From the NCBI GenBank assembly GCA_965113315.1, contig OZ220369.1: a DNA stretch of 64,000 bases; one strand, 5' to 3'. Each line of letters begins with the position of its first letter. Position 1 is the stretch's first letter. Both the position numbers and the translations under genes were made by a program. The notes under the pieces were generated by a model, which ran no database searches, was not told the DNA's origin, and worked only from the letters and a program-made list of their open reading frames with translations. This document shows, in pieces, positions 1-12,500 of this stretch. Source of the DNA: Podarcis vaucheri (lineage: Eukaryota).

Positions 1-412
1 GGAATTGGCTATAGTGAAAGTGTGATGAACCTCCAGTTGGCGCCACCTGCAATAGCTCTGACCCGTTGACTGGTCAGAAATGGTCATGCTCCCAAGAGCA
101 CAGAAAACCAGCTGCAAGTACAAGGGCAGAGTGAAGACTATTAGCAGCAGGAGCCCCCAGCCCGCCCCCGCTGGAAGTAACCCTCATCAGGGAGGCTGGA
201 ATTACTCATCCCACCTAACAGAAGTAGAGGCTGAAACTCAGAGCAGCTTGACCCAAGTCCCACTCCTGTGTTCACCTGCTCAGTTTACTGAATTTTGTTC
301 ATTGTTTCCCACAACCAAAGGAAGCCCCGAAGTGATTCACAAAACAAAGAATGAAAAGGCAATACATGCAGCACACAAGCATGGACTGTGTCACCTCCAG
401 AAAGGCACTTAC

Positions 413-536
413 CAGCCCGACTAGTTTTGGCACCTGAAGACACTGGCGAGGAGCTGTTACTGGTGTCGCCAGCGAGAGAAGTCCGGCTGGAGTGGAAAGT
501 GGGTCGCTTCAGCTTGCTGCTTGAAGAGGGAACGAC
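413..536 (-). CDS. MACF1: MACF1 exon [41 protein letters not shown] (Ser/Arg-rich tail)
   Basis: CCCAAG acceptor, G|GTAAGT donor, 124 nt, phase 0 to 1. Confidence 0.9.
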
Positions 537-3500
537 CTTGGGAGAAAGAGACGTTTATCTCAACAGTCATCATTTGCTTCCTAAACAGGTGCTGGTTGAG
601 AGGATCCCTGCACTCCAGCAGCCAGACTGCAGCCCCCACTGCATCTTAAAGGTCAACAAGGAATGAAGGAGCATCAAGTCCTGCTGTCCCCTCCCCATGA
701 ATCACAGAGGGGCTCAACAGTTGTTAAACAAGAACCCAGAAAGACTGAATTGTGGCTGCTGTAGCCAAGAAGTCCCACGTGGGAACTTCTGTGGACATCC
801 AGCTCTTCACCTGCCCATTTTGCTTTCTGCTAATGGACATGAACACATTTACAGGGCTGCCTGCCCACCCACCCCATGTTCCTCATGACCTTTAAGGTGC
901 TGCGGGCCAAGAAGAGAAGCAGACAGACAAGACACACCAAGAAGGCCATTCTCTGCTATTAGTCCTCTTTACCACCCAGCGCTGGATGGCAGGCTCATTA
1001 ATTGGACCCCTGTGCTTGCCGTCTCTAAAAAGGGCAGAAAAGAAGCTCCTGAGCACTTGAGCATGAGCAGCAAGAAGGCACCTTGGTGAGGTTTAGTCCA
1101 AGTCATCACACCTCTGTCTAGAAAGAGCAGGGGATCTGCTTGGCACTGAACAGTTCTATTTGTGCCCCATGGAAGAAGCAGGACAGAGAGCAGCTCGGAA
1201 CTGGAGTGGGCGGGGATCCTGCTCATTTTGGACACCACAGCTGCAGCTCCCATCAGCCTCTTTAAAGCAGGTGCAGAGCAGGACGCCAGCTACTATTTCA
1301 GTGGGAGGAAAAACTGGAGGAAAAAGCATCCTCCCAACTCCAGTTCCCAAGCACTAGATGTGAAGAGGGAGTCCATTGCTGGTGCACCAACTGTCTCTGC
1401 CTTTCTAGTGGCGCAAAGCAGGGAAATGCTTAATCTAAAGCACATGCTTTGCACATGCAGAAGGTCCCAGGTCCAGTCCCCAACAGCGGCTCCAGGTAGG
1501 CCTGGGAAAGACTCCTGCCAGAGACTCTGGAGAGCTGCTGCCAGCCTGTGTTGACAACACTGGGCTAGATGGACTCAGGCAGCATCCTATGTTCCAAAAA
1601 CAGCTTCACCAACTTGTTGCCTTCCAAACATTTTGGAGTATGACTCTGATCACCAGCACAGTGTGTCATCTAAGACATCTGGAGGGCACCCAGTTGGAGA
1701 AAAGCAAACTGAAGCAACAATCATTTCAGGTCTGAGCAACTTATATGGACACCAAGCCGGTAGCCTATCATTAATACCGCCCCCATTCCTCCTGTTTGGT
1801 TGGGACTTACATTCCCAAGACTGTAAGAACTGCCCTGGTGGGAGGGAGGGAAAAGGATGTCCATCTAACCCAGCCTCCTACCTCCAAGAGCATCCAGGCA
1901 GATGTTTCTAAGACGCTTCTCCCCTCCCAACATTCTCACCTGCATCGTATGTGGGATAACAAATTGAGGGGTTTCTATACAGGCACAGGCACTGATTTTC
2001 AAAGTGTTAATTCGGCTGTTTTATCCATGACTCCTGACTTTTAAGTGGTATTCTCCTTTATCATATCTCTTTCATTTAATGTTCTAAAACAGCCCAAAAC
2101 TTGAAAGATTTTCTCACTTTGAACTTCTGGGAAAATGTTTGTTGTTTCAACACAAACTGGTTGCAAACTGTGTGTTAACGTTCTGTTGGTTTTGAAAGTG
2201 TATTTCGAAGAACAAATATTTTTGTCTTTAAGAAACCAGAGTTAGAAGCCTCATGAGCAACACAGCAGCAGCCCTAGCGTGGAAAGAGGTGTTATCAAGC
2301 GCTGTTATAACAAGGAAAGCATTAAGAGAGGGGAAAAGGAAGCCAGGGGGCTCCTCCTTTTGCAACAGGGACTGGCCCATGTAAGCCATACTCTACCTCA
2401 GAAGCAGACAGGTGGAGGTCAGCATTATCGTAGCCCCTCAAAGGGGTACCTGCCTTGCTGTTTACCAACCAGGGTTTGTCATAACTGCGAGTGAAGTGAT
2501 GCGGAGTCTGTGAAATGGAAAATCCAAAGAGAAATTGAGGGAGAGGGAGGGAAGGGGGAAGGGAGTGAAAGGAAAGGAGGGATGGGGCGGGGAGGGAGGT
2601 GTACAGGATGGAAGGAAAATAAAAACAGAAAAGTAAATAAACCCTAAAATAAAATAAAAAACCAAACCCAACAGGTAATGAAAGGAAACATACAAAATGG
2701 GCGACGAGATATGAGTCACACAAGTAGGGGTTGTGCTCTGTGCCCACTGCCAACGTGGCCATCTCTCCCAGGCCAAGCGTCAGGGGAAAAAAGCTTCCCA
2801 GGATCACAGAAGCCAAGAAAACAAACCAGGGATGGCCCAAAAATTAAAATGAGACACAAACAGACAGGTGTAATTTGGGGGAGGGGAGGGGAGGGGGGGG
2901 AAGAGGAACTCCGCCATTTCACTCTACCCACCTGGATGTGACAGCATTTCATTGTCATCGTGGGCAGAAATAAATGTTTGAGTGACCCTGAAAGTTCTGT
3001 CCTCTGTGGACAGGCCCCACTGGACACTCGGAGGCCTGTACCTGTCCTGGAGCAACTGAGTGACAGAAGCCATTCTTAATGGTTAAAGAAGCCCTCTCAC
3101 CTTTGTCCCGCTTGCAGGTGTGGCTGGGGAGGAGGGCATCGAAGTGCAGCTGTGGTTGCTCTGGCTGGCGCTTGAGCTGGACCGCGTTGGGGAGGCTGCC
3201 CGAGAGGAGGGCTTTGACCTGCGCCCCCTGGACCGGAATGGCGCCATTCCCTGAGAAGCTCCCTCTGGGAGAATGAATTTCTCTCGAAGTTCAAGGTTAG
3301 TTCTTCCTCGAGCTGTAGGAAAGGAACCACCATAAAACATGAAGAAAAAAAGCCAAAGAAACCAGAGTCTGAGATATAAACAGATGGCAAAGCCAGGCAA
3401 AGCCAGATGCTTCTGACTCCCTGGTGCAGGCTTGCTGGGGTGTGCTTTGGATTCTTTCCTCCTCCTCCCAGTTAATTTTCTGTGAGACAGACCCCTTGGT

Positions 3501-6500
3501 CTTCCACTTTGCTACACCAGCAGCAGCTTAAAAGTCTCAAGATAGAGAGGAAAAGTCTTCCTAGGAGGGGAAAGATCTAGGAGCATTCTGTAGCTCATAT
3601 AGAAGCTCCCACCACAAACATCATTCAGAGCAGTGGTGTTTCAGCCTGCAACAGGGCAAGTCCACACACTTTTGAAAGGACTCAGATATGCACCCTCTAA
3701 GCACGTATAGACAGCGCCCGTCTCGTCTATACCACCAACGCCATCTATTACTCACGTCCTTCTGTACAATCTGCTTTACAGGCTAGTGAAGGATCCTCTG
3801 GAGTGGGGGGGGGGGGTCTTCTTTACCCAGTCTCAGTTCAGCACCAAAGAATTCTGGAATAGCTCAGTCAGCAGAACATGAGACTCTTAATCTCAAGGTC
3901 GTGGGTTCAAGCCCCAGACTGAGCAAAAGATTCCTGCATTGCGGGGGTGAATAGACCCTTGGGTTCCCACCCAACTCTACAATTCTATGCCCCCCCCAGC
4001 TGTGGGAAGCTTGCTGACCCAAAGCAGAGCTTGGTCAGCTGCTGGCACAGCACACTTAGCTAAGTTTATGCGGCAAGAGGTCTGGGAAACAAAGTGTCGT
4101 CCAAAGAGCTCTCAATTCATTTTCACCTGATTCTCAAGAAATGGAAGGAAATAAACCTGACTTAAAATTTGCAACCAGGATACAGGAACATAGGAAGCTG
4201 CTTTATACTGTGTCAGATCATTGATCCCCATAGCTTAGCATTGCGTACACTGACTGGCAGTGGCTCTCCAGAATTTCTGGCAGGAGTCTCTTCCAGCCCT
4301 ACCTGGAGATGCCATCAGGGACTGAACCTGGGACCACCTGCAGGCAGAGCAGTTGCTCTCCCACTGAGCTACACCCCTTCCCCAATTTTCAGTTTCCTTC
4401 CTCTGCAATTATACCACCTGCTTCATAGCAAAACAGCAAGCATATTCTTCAGTTTTACAGGAAAAACAGCAACAAACCTAACAAACAGATACACACAGCA
4501 AGGAGCAGTTTTGTTAATTGAGCAAGACACCATGCATAAAGCCTTGCCAGGCAGAAAAAGGGGCAGCTGGAGATTTCACACATTATCCACCCCAAGACAA
4601 GCAATTGCAGCTGCCAAGGGGACTTCCAGAGAGGGGCTTAGCTTGCAAACGAGCTATTGAGATACCACAAGTGGGTTGTTGGTAACTGGGTTTATATATA
4701 TATTTATCAGATTTTCCCCAGTAAGATCAAATTCAGAGTTGGTGCAAGCTGGCTTTTTGATGCCAACAATGTTGTGTGGACTCTGTAAAACACTTGCATG
4801 CATCAGGAGCACTGATTCCATGATAAACCCCCATCTGGAAGCACCCCTAGGATTGCGTCAGAACAATCTGCGGACGCCTAGCAGGAGTGCTCAAGAGCAG
4901 CACCAGGAACAGAAGAATCAGCAGTACCAAGAGGCAATCAAGAAACAAATCCTTTCAGCTTTCTTGAACCCTAGGCCCTCAGATGCTTTGAACTACAACT
5001 CCCGTCAGCCCCATTTTTCATAGTGCATGCTAGCTGGGAATGATGAGTGTTATAGTCCAAAACATCTGGAAAGCACTGACTGGCGAAAACTATCCCAGAT
5101 GTTTTACAACATGGCAGCATGCAGCCGCATTCAGACAAACTATCATGGGTGGGAAGGGGAAAATGGCCACCCAACAGCCACAGGCCAGAAGGAATAACCT
5201 GTCTTCAAAGGAAGGGGGCCCAGACTGCAGGCTGGAGGGTTGGGTGGGTAGCCATTCCCTCACAAAGCTCTAACACCAGCCTTTTGTCTTACAGAACACC
5301 ATATTTACTTACAGGCAATTTCTAGGAGAAAAGGTAAATGATATAATAGAAAAGGGGAGGATTTTTTGGGGGGGATTGAGGGAAATGCAGAAAAGGCAAG
5401 AAAGGAAGCTAGTCTGGTGTTGAACCAGGGCCCAAATCCCTGCTCCTCACTCGGGGCAAGTTGCTCTTGCTCAGCTGAACCCATCAAGGCTGCTGTGAGC
5501 ATAAGCTGGTGCAGAGGATACATGTTGCAACCCTTGGGAAAAAGTGAGTGGTGATTTCAGGGCCAATGTGACAGACATTGAGATGAGGCAGGGGCTGTGA
5601 AGCCTACTCAACTTGCAGCTTTCAGCCCAAACCAGCAAAAAAAAAGTTCTTTGTCTCTCTCTCTCTCTCTCTGCCCCCACCCCATGCCCTTCACTACAGC
5701 AAAATACTATTCTGGGCCAGAGGGGATGATGGGGAAGATCAAAGCAGGTTAGAGAAGCAAAGCCATTCCCAACAAGTGGAGGAGGAGTAGTGAGAGGAAG
5801 CCAAGAAAAACCGCCAACCTATCGGAGACTGACTGGCAATCGAAGAGCTGGAATCAGAGCGTTTTATTTTACTTCCCGGGTGGTGAACTAGAATAAAGAA
5901 AATACATATATACAAAGAAAAGATAGAGCAGGAAAAACAAACAGCAGTGGGGATCAAAGAGGAGGAGGAGGAGGAGGAAAAAGGCAAGGAGAAGTCTCTT
6001 ACACGCTGGCTGGCATGCAGGGCAGCCATTTTAGAGGAAAAATGGAAAGGGTACGAGAAGAGAGCTCAGCCCACAGATGTAAAGAGGTGGGTGGGGGCTC
6101 TGATGGATTCTACTTCTCCCCCCGCCCCAACATGTGAGTGTTACATAGGATGTCCTAGTCAAGTACTTATTGGTACTTATGCCGACATTCAGGATGGACT
6201 AGGGTCTGCTCAAGATATCATGGTGTTTGCAGCAGAGAACCTCACTGGCACTTCTCTCCCACTCATCAACACAGGTCACCCTCCTCAAGAAGTTCTTGGC
6301 TAGGCTGATCTTTTGACTGACCTCAAGAAGACTTCCTGCTGGGCTGGGCTGGGCTCCATGGGTGGTCCTGGCCCACTCACTTTTAATGGCAGACACCTCA
6401 AAGCCTTACCCTGGGGGAGGTTAAGAGCCCCATGTTTGTTAAGAATCACTCTCCATTTCTTACCTCTGCAAGGATCGTTCTTCACTAAAAACTCATCCAG

Positions 6501-9500
6501 GGCCATCCATCCTCCACCAACGCGAACCATGACTGTGCTACGCAGGATACGGACCAGCCGCAGTTGCTGCGAATCGCCAAACTGTGGAGGGAGCAGCAGA
6601 GGGGGAAATGGTTTAGATGAGCACCCACAAAAGAGCCCAAAAGGCACCTTGCAATTAAAAAAGAAAGGTGGCAGCACAGGGCCGCTTCAGGAGAGGGACT
6701 GCAGCAGGATGGGCTTTGACACGGGGACCTCTCTCCTGAACCTACTAACTGCCTTTAAGAATTTATTTTTTTTAATGTCTAAATGGGTTTATTATGGATG
6801 TTTATATTTTAAATGTTTGTATAACTGGTTTTCATGCTTTGTAAACCACTCAGAAATCTATAAGCAGTATATGAATAAATAATGGTGGTGATGATGTTAA
6901 TAAAACCAGAATGGATCCATTTTAATGCATTGCTAATTATAACTAAATGAAAATGAAGGAGGTGCACCCTTGTTTTGCTGGAGCTACCTCAGCTCAGTGG
7001 CAGGGCACCTGTTCTGTGCCCAAAAGCCCATTCCTGGAAGCATTTCAGGTTAAAATGAATCAGCCAAGCAGTAGGTGATGAGAAAGGCCTTTTCTCTCTT
7101 CCTGCCAGAGACTGCCCTGGAGATCATCGGCTAGACAGTTGCTATGGACCAGGCTATGCTATGGAACAGGTGGACCAAAGAGGACTCAGGGTGAGGTAGT
7201 GCCCAGAAATATCTCCTCTGCAGTGTTTGCACATCTATTGTGCTCCCTTAAAGGCTTGCCCATTTGTCTCTGGGCCAACTGTAACCATTGTGTTATGCGG
7301 AAGATGAAATAAAGTCAGAACTTCGAACTTTTGAGCAATTTCCCAACAAAGGCCTTGGGGGGTGTTGTTTGGAGCATGGTTCGAATTCAGCCACATGCCA
7401 GCCTTGATACAGTTCATTTCTGGAGAGAGGACAACTGGAATTCACATGAAATTCAGTAACAGAATCCCACCAATCACTCTCATCAAAAAGGAGAGAAGCC
7501 CTTCACCAGATCTGAAGACCCATAAAATTCATGGTACATGACATCCCCACCACCACGCAGAAGAGTTAATTGCAGCAGCCAGAGATGTGCAAACCTGCAA
7601 AGTGGTAGCCTTAAGGATCAGAAATACATTTACTGAAATGACCACTAGCAGTATGACATCTCCACAATTTGAAGCCTTGACCAATGGACTAAACAGCATG
7701 TCCTGCCTCACTAGAAATCTGCTCTGCAAAGATCAGCATCCATAATGCAAACTGGAAATGCCAAGTGCTATATGAATCTTCTTCAATGCCCTTAATTGTC
7801 ATCACCCTCATAGTAAAGTAGGTCATGTTTTACAGGTGAGGAATTTCTCATTTCTACATTACAATAGTGAGGGAAGGTAACTACAATCAGCTGCATGGAC
7901 CTTCTCTGTGTTTTTGGCTCACCGTCTGATTTTCTGAACAAGCAAGACTTTAACTGTGCTCTTTCCTACCAGTTCAAGGAAATTCAAGTCCTTTTTATAA
8001 TGTTAGGCTTTGAGGGCTCATTTGAAGTAAAACCAGTCCACCCTGTCCAGCAAAATTAAGGCACTGAAGACATTAGTTTCCTACCATCCTATCAACAGAG
8101 GGGCAGAACGCATCTCACAAAACAAGTTTAAAATGGATTTCTTCTCTGCATTGCTGAAACTCCCTCTGGAGTTATGATTTGGCTAAAAATTATGCAGGAG
8201 GAAATGAGAAGCATTTTTTTCATTTTATCTTCTTGAAGCCTTGAGTTATTTGACACGATCCATGCAGATGGCTTGAAGCTTTAGTGCTAATTATGGAAGG
8301 AAATTATCCAAATGGATTCAGCGCTTGCATTCCAAAAGCGGTGGAAAATTAATTGGAAGGCATCCAGATACTGGTATACAGAATACATTGCAAGAATTTC
8401 AACTCTGTGAAAGAGGCACAGAAGTTACACCTCCTGGAAGAACCAAGAGATGCTGCATTCTAAGAACTAGGTATCCTGCTGGTATCTTGCTCTGATGGTA
8501 CAGTGGAAGGACCAAACTTGTGAAGAACTGCAAGAAAAATGTGTCCTCTTGCCTCAAGTATGATATTAAAAATCTGAAGGTACACAATGGAAATGATAAT
8601 TAGCTTCCTGAGCTTGCTATTCACATGCCTCAGGGGTATAGATTTGCATGCACTGTATGTTCTGCTCTATGTGTCCTTGGTCAGTTCTGGATATTTTATT
8701 TTGGTGGTTAACAGCATAGCCTCAGTTGCTAGTGATTGAAAATATCCATCAATCCCCCACCAGCAAAGTTATGTGGCAGGTTCTGAAGTCATAGGATTAT
8801 GCAGTGCTCAGCTCCAATGGGAATCCTTTCTCTACATCTCTCAGACATGTAGGACTATGGCTGAGCTTACAGAATCAAACTGTGATTGTGCTTTAATACT
8901 TCTTATGGCTGAACAATGGGCTTCAGAGACTGGTTCAAGGGCTACAGCCTGGTTCAAGTTAAGCCCATTTGAGTTAGCTAACCAGTTTTGAGACATTCAG
9001 TCCTGCCTGCACAGTTTTCCAGCTTAGCTGCACAAGAAGTCAAATATGAGTTATTTTAAAGCAGACTTTGCCAATATGGTGCTCTTCAGATGGTTTGGGC
9101 TGAAACCCTCATCAGTCCCAACTAGCACAATCGGGGTTGATTGGAGTCACAGTCCAAACCATCAGGAGGGCACAAAGTTAGCGAAGGCTGCTTCACTACC
9201 AAGAGTTTCAATCTTCTAAAAAAGTGTCTGGCACACAAAACACAGGGAAGTTCCTTTGTGAGTGCCCATGTTTGTGTCTGTCACTAAGGGGGCATTTGCA
9301 CATTTGTAGCGTTGCTTCCATTCCATCCCTTGATCATTATGTCACTGTATACCAGAATCTTGGCTGTTAATACAGACAAGCTCTTACCACAGCATCCACA
9401 CCAGCACAACCACCCATAGCAATGAAAATATCAGTTTGTAAAGGGACAACACATGCGATTCTTTTAAGGGAAACAATCTATAAAAGGATGTAGAGACAGC

Positions 9501-12500
9501 ATTGCAAGGCACACTGTACCTGGTTGCCGAGGAAGAACTACAAAGGAGAAGAAAGTACAAATGAAAGAGAGAGAGAGGGAGGGAGGGAGGGAGAGAGAGG
9601 AAACAAAAAACATTGAGCAGCATTAACAGAGCATCGCTATGAAAAATGTCTTGTTAACCACAAGTACCACTGATGTGTATACTCGACATTACTCAGCATG
9701 CTAAACGTCACATTTTGGTACTTCCCTTTTATACACATTTATATTAACGAAGCAAGCCAAAGATCTTGTACACTTTAGAAATGTGACTAGGGCCAGTGCT
9801 GGTTATTTTACACTCTCTGCTCTTGTGCTAAATTCAGGGCAAGCTCAAGACATTTTGCCAACCCAAGTGATAATTATAACCCCCACTTTGTTCCTTAAAA
9901 ATGCAGCCACCAACAAGTGGCTGCTCAGATTGTTTGCACCTCAGCTAAAATTGTGCGCAGTTCAGGCACGTGGGAAAGCTAAGCTAGATGGTTCTATTGC
10001 CAGTGGAAGACTCTGAGAACTTGAGACAAAAACAGAAGCAGCACAGAAGTCGCCCATGAGCATTTTCAGAAGGACTGTGTTTAAATCTCAGAGGAACACA
10101 CAGGGCTGGAAAGTAAAACAGGCAAAAGGAAACACTTCCTGCCCCCCCTCCCAGTCAATCATGGAGTTCCCTGCTACAAAATGAAATGGGGGTCCACAAT
10201 GAAATTAGAGAACTTTTTTTTTAACCCTTTACAATGAAACCATCAGGTTGCCAGAGGAACCTCCCTCCCCCCCAACTGTCAATGCAAGCAAAGCCCCCTT
10301 CAGCTTACCCGGTATTTGTTCTCTCCAATCTGCTCCACTTGGAATCTCTTTGCGCATTTACACTGAGCCACCTGCCTGGTCACCTGTTGAGTAGAAAGAA
10401 AAGAAGAGATTCCATTAGGCTAAACTACAGGAAAGCTCTCCAACTGGTTTGAAAGGTTTTTCTTTTTACTTTAAGACAGTCCCTACTGAAAAACCACAAA
10501 GGGGAAAAAGTGGGCAATATTGTCCCAATTTATATTCATCATCACAACCCTGTGAGGATAAGAAGATTAGTGGTGACTGGACTATGGCTGTTTTGGTGAG
10601 CTTCATGCTTGAATGGGAGGGATTTTAACCCAAGACCCCAGTGGAACAAGTCTGAGAGTCTACTTATTGCACCACACTACCTTCCCCAGATAAGATTCAA
10701 AATCCCATTCTACTATATATTTGAAAGATTTATATCCCTCCTGTCATCACAAATGATCTCAGGGTGGGTTGCAAGAAGTTAAAATACAACAAAGCAATAA
10801 AATACAATTATCACCATGAAAACAACTCCCACTGTTTTTTATAGCAACTCTCTGGAACTCTGCAGCTACATTTGTAAAATTTAGAAGGCCTGGAGGAGGA
10901 GGAGGAGGAAGGTCTCCAGCTGGCCTAGGAATTTAACAAAGGTTTGCACCAGCTGAACTTTAGAGCAGAGGGGGTTCCACACCTGGATGTTACTGCATTG
11001 GCAAAGTCTCTCACTTCTTGACTCAAATTCTCACTCTCATGAATCTTGATTCCTTGACTTTTTACATATAAAAGAGATGTGACAGCCCTGAGCAAATGAA
11101 GGCTGGCACATGTGACTGTTATGATTATTCTTATGGCACTGTCCATGCATGTGGTGCTTTGCAAAGTATGAGAAAACAGGTCCCTTTCTCAAGGTGCTTA
11201 CAAACTAGAAAATAAGTAACAAGGGAGGATAGCAGGAGAAAAATATGGGGCTATTGAATTAGGGCATGGAGACCAGATAGTGGTTTTGCCAAAGGCTTTC
11301 TGGAAGAGGTGGGCTTTAAAGGGAGGAGGGCAGGAAGATTAAGCAGCCATCCTTCCACAACTTACGCAGCACCAACTGCATCCTAGGTGCTTGCAGAGCA
11401 GTGTGAGATTGAAACAGCTTAACTATCTCCATAGCTCCTGGATCCTTGCTGCCTTATCAAAATGTCTTACCTCATCCTCAATTTTGTCTGCATCTGTTGT
11501 TGGCCGATAAGCATCTTTGTTAGGGTGCAGAGCAGCTACAAACTCATAATAGTCAATGTAACCATCCCCATCACGGTCAAAGATGTCAGCTACCGCAGTC
11601 ATCTCCAACTTAGTAGTGGGGAATTCTGAATGGGAGAGAACAAATGGAAACTCCATTACCGATCCCAAATGCAAGATTTGTCAGACATCTTTGAGAGGCA
11701 GTGACTGGCCTAAGGTCACCTAGTGAGCTTTACGGCTGAGTGGGGATTTGAACCCTGGTCTCCCAGCTCCTAGTCCGACACTCTAACCACTATTACTTTT
11801 ATTACAGTTTTTACACTATACTGCACCACAATGGCTCTTCTTGCAGGCAGGGTTGTTTGCTTGACACTAAGCAGGAATTGCTTCCTGCTTCTCAATCTGG
11901 GGGAAAAAACAAAGTCAGCAGGTAAAGGCAGCTGAAAGTGTTTTAAGCATTAAAAGTGTTAGGGGGCTTACTGGATGCCAGGATGCCATCAATGAACTCC
12001 TGCCGGGTGATTTTCCCATCTTGGTCTTTGTCAATCCGCCGGAAGAAGTCCATCACACGTGACTTCTTGTGGTTCATCCAGCGCATGTACTTCTTCCGCC
12101 ATACATCAAAGTCAAAGTTTGCAAACTCTTTCAACTGGAGAAGGGAAGAGGAAAGGCTGTTTCACATCTCACTTGGAAAGAGGATCCACAAATATTTACA
12201 TCTCCTAAGATGCAGGAGACAACAGCACAGCTCTCTCTCCTCTCAAAGTGTAGGATTTGCCTGATTGACACCAAACTCACCAAAATAAGGAAGGGATACA
12301 GTGGGCTATGCATTTAGCCCTGGCCCCTCACGTCTTTAGGGTGAATGTCTGTAGCGGCAGAAGCCATCTAATGGCTTCCTGTGCAACTGAGAATCCTGTT
12401 TTACCAGGGCTCTTAATTGTACACCAAGGGCAAGGGGCCAAGAGCAATTGCATGGATTTGGGATGGGCTAAAAGTATGCCCTGCCAGTTCCCATCCATCT

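Noticed and set aside
3857-3930. Functional tRNA-Lys(CTT) gene
   Set aside because: Acceptor stem and D-arm are degraded, there is no poly-T terminator, and it runs into a CR1-like tail, so it is a SINE head
4400-4480. ttgttAG acceptor-like site giving a short GLLLFFL-stop terminal exon
   Set aside because: Weak pyrimidine tract and no supporting donor or polyadenylation evidence
8871-8879. AG-TTTGATTCT-GTAAGC possible 9-nt microexon (FDS)
   Set aside because: No polypyrimidine tract and nearby upstream AGs; probably chance
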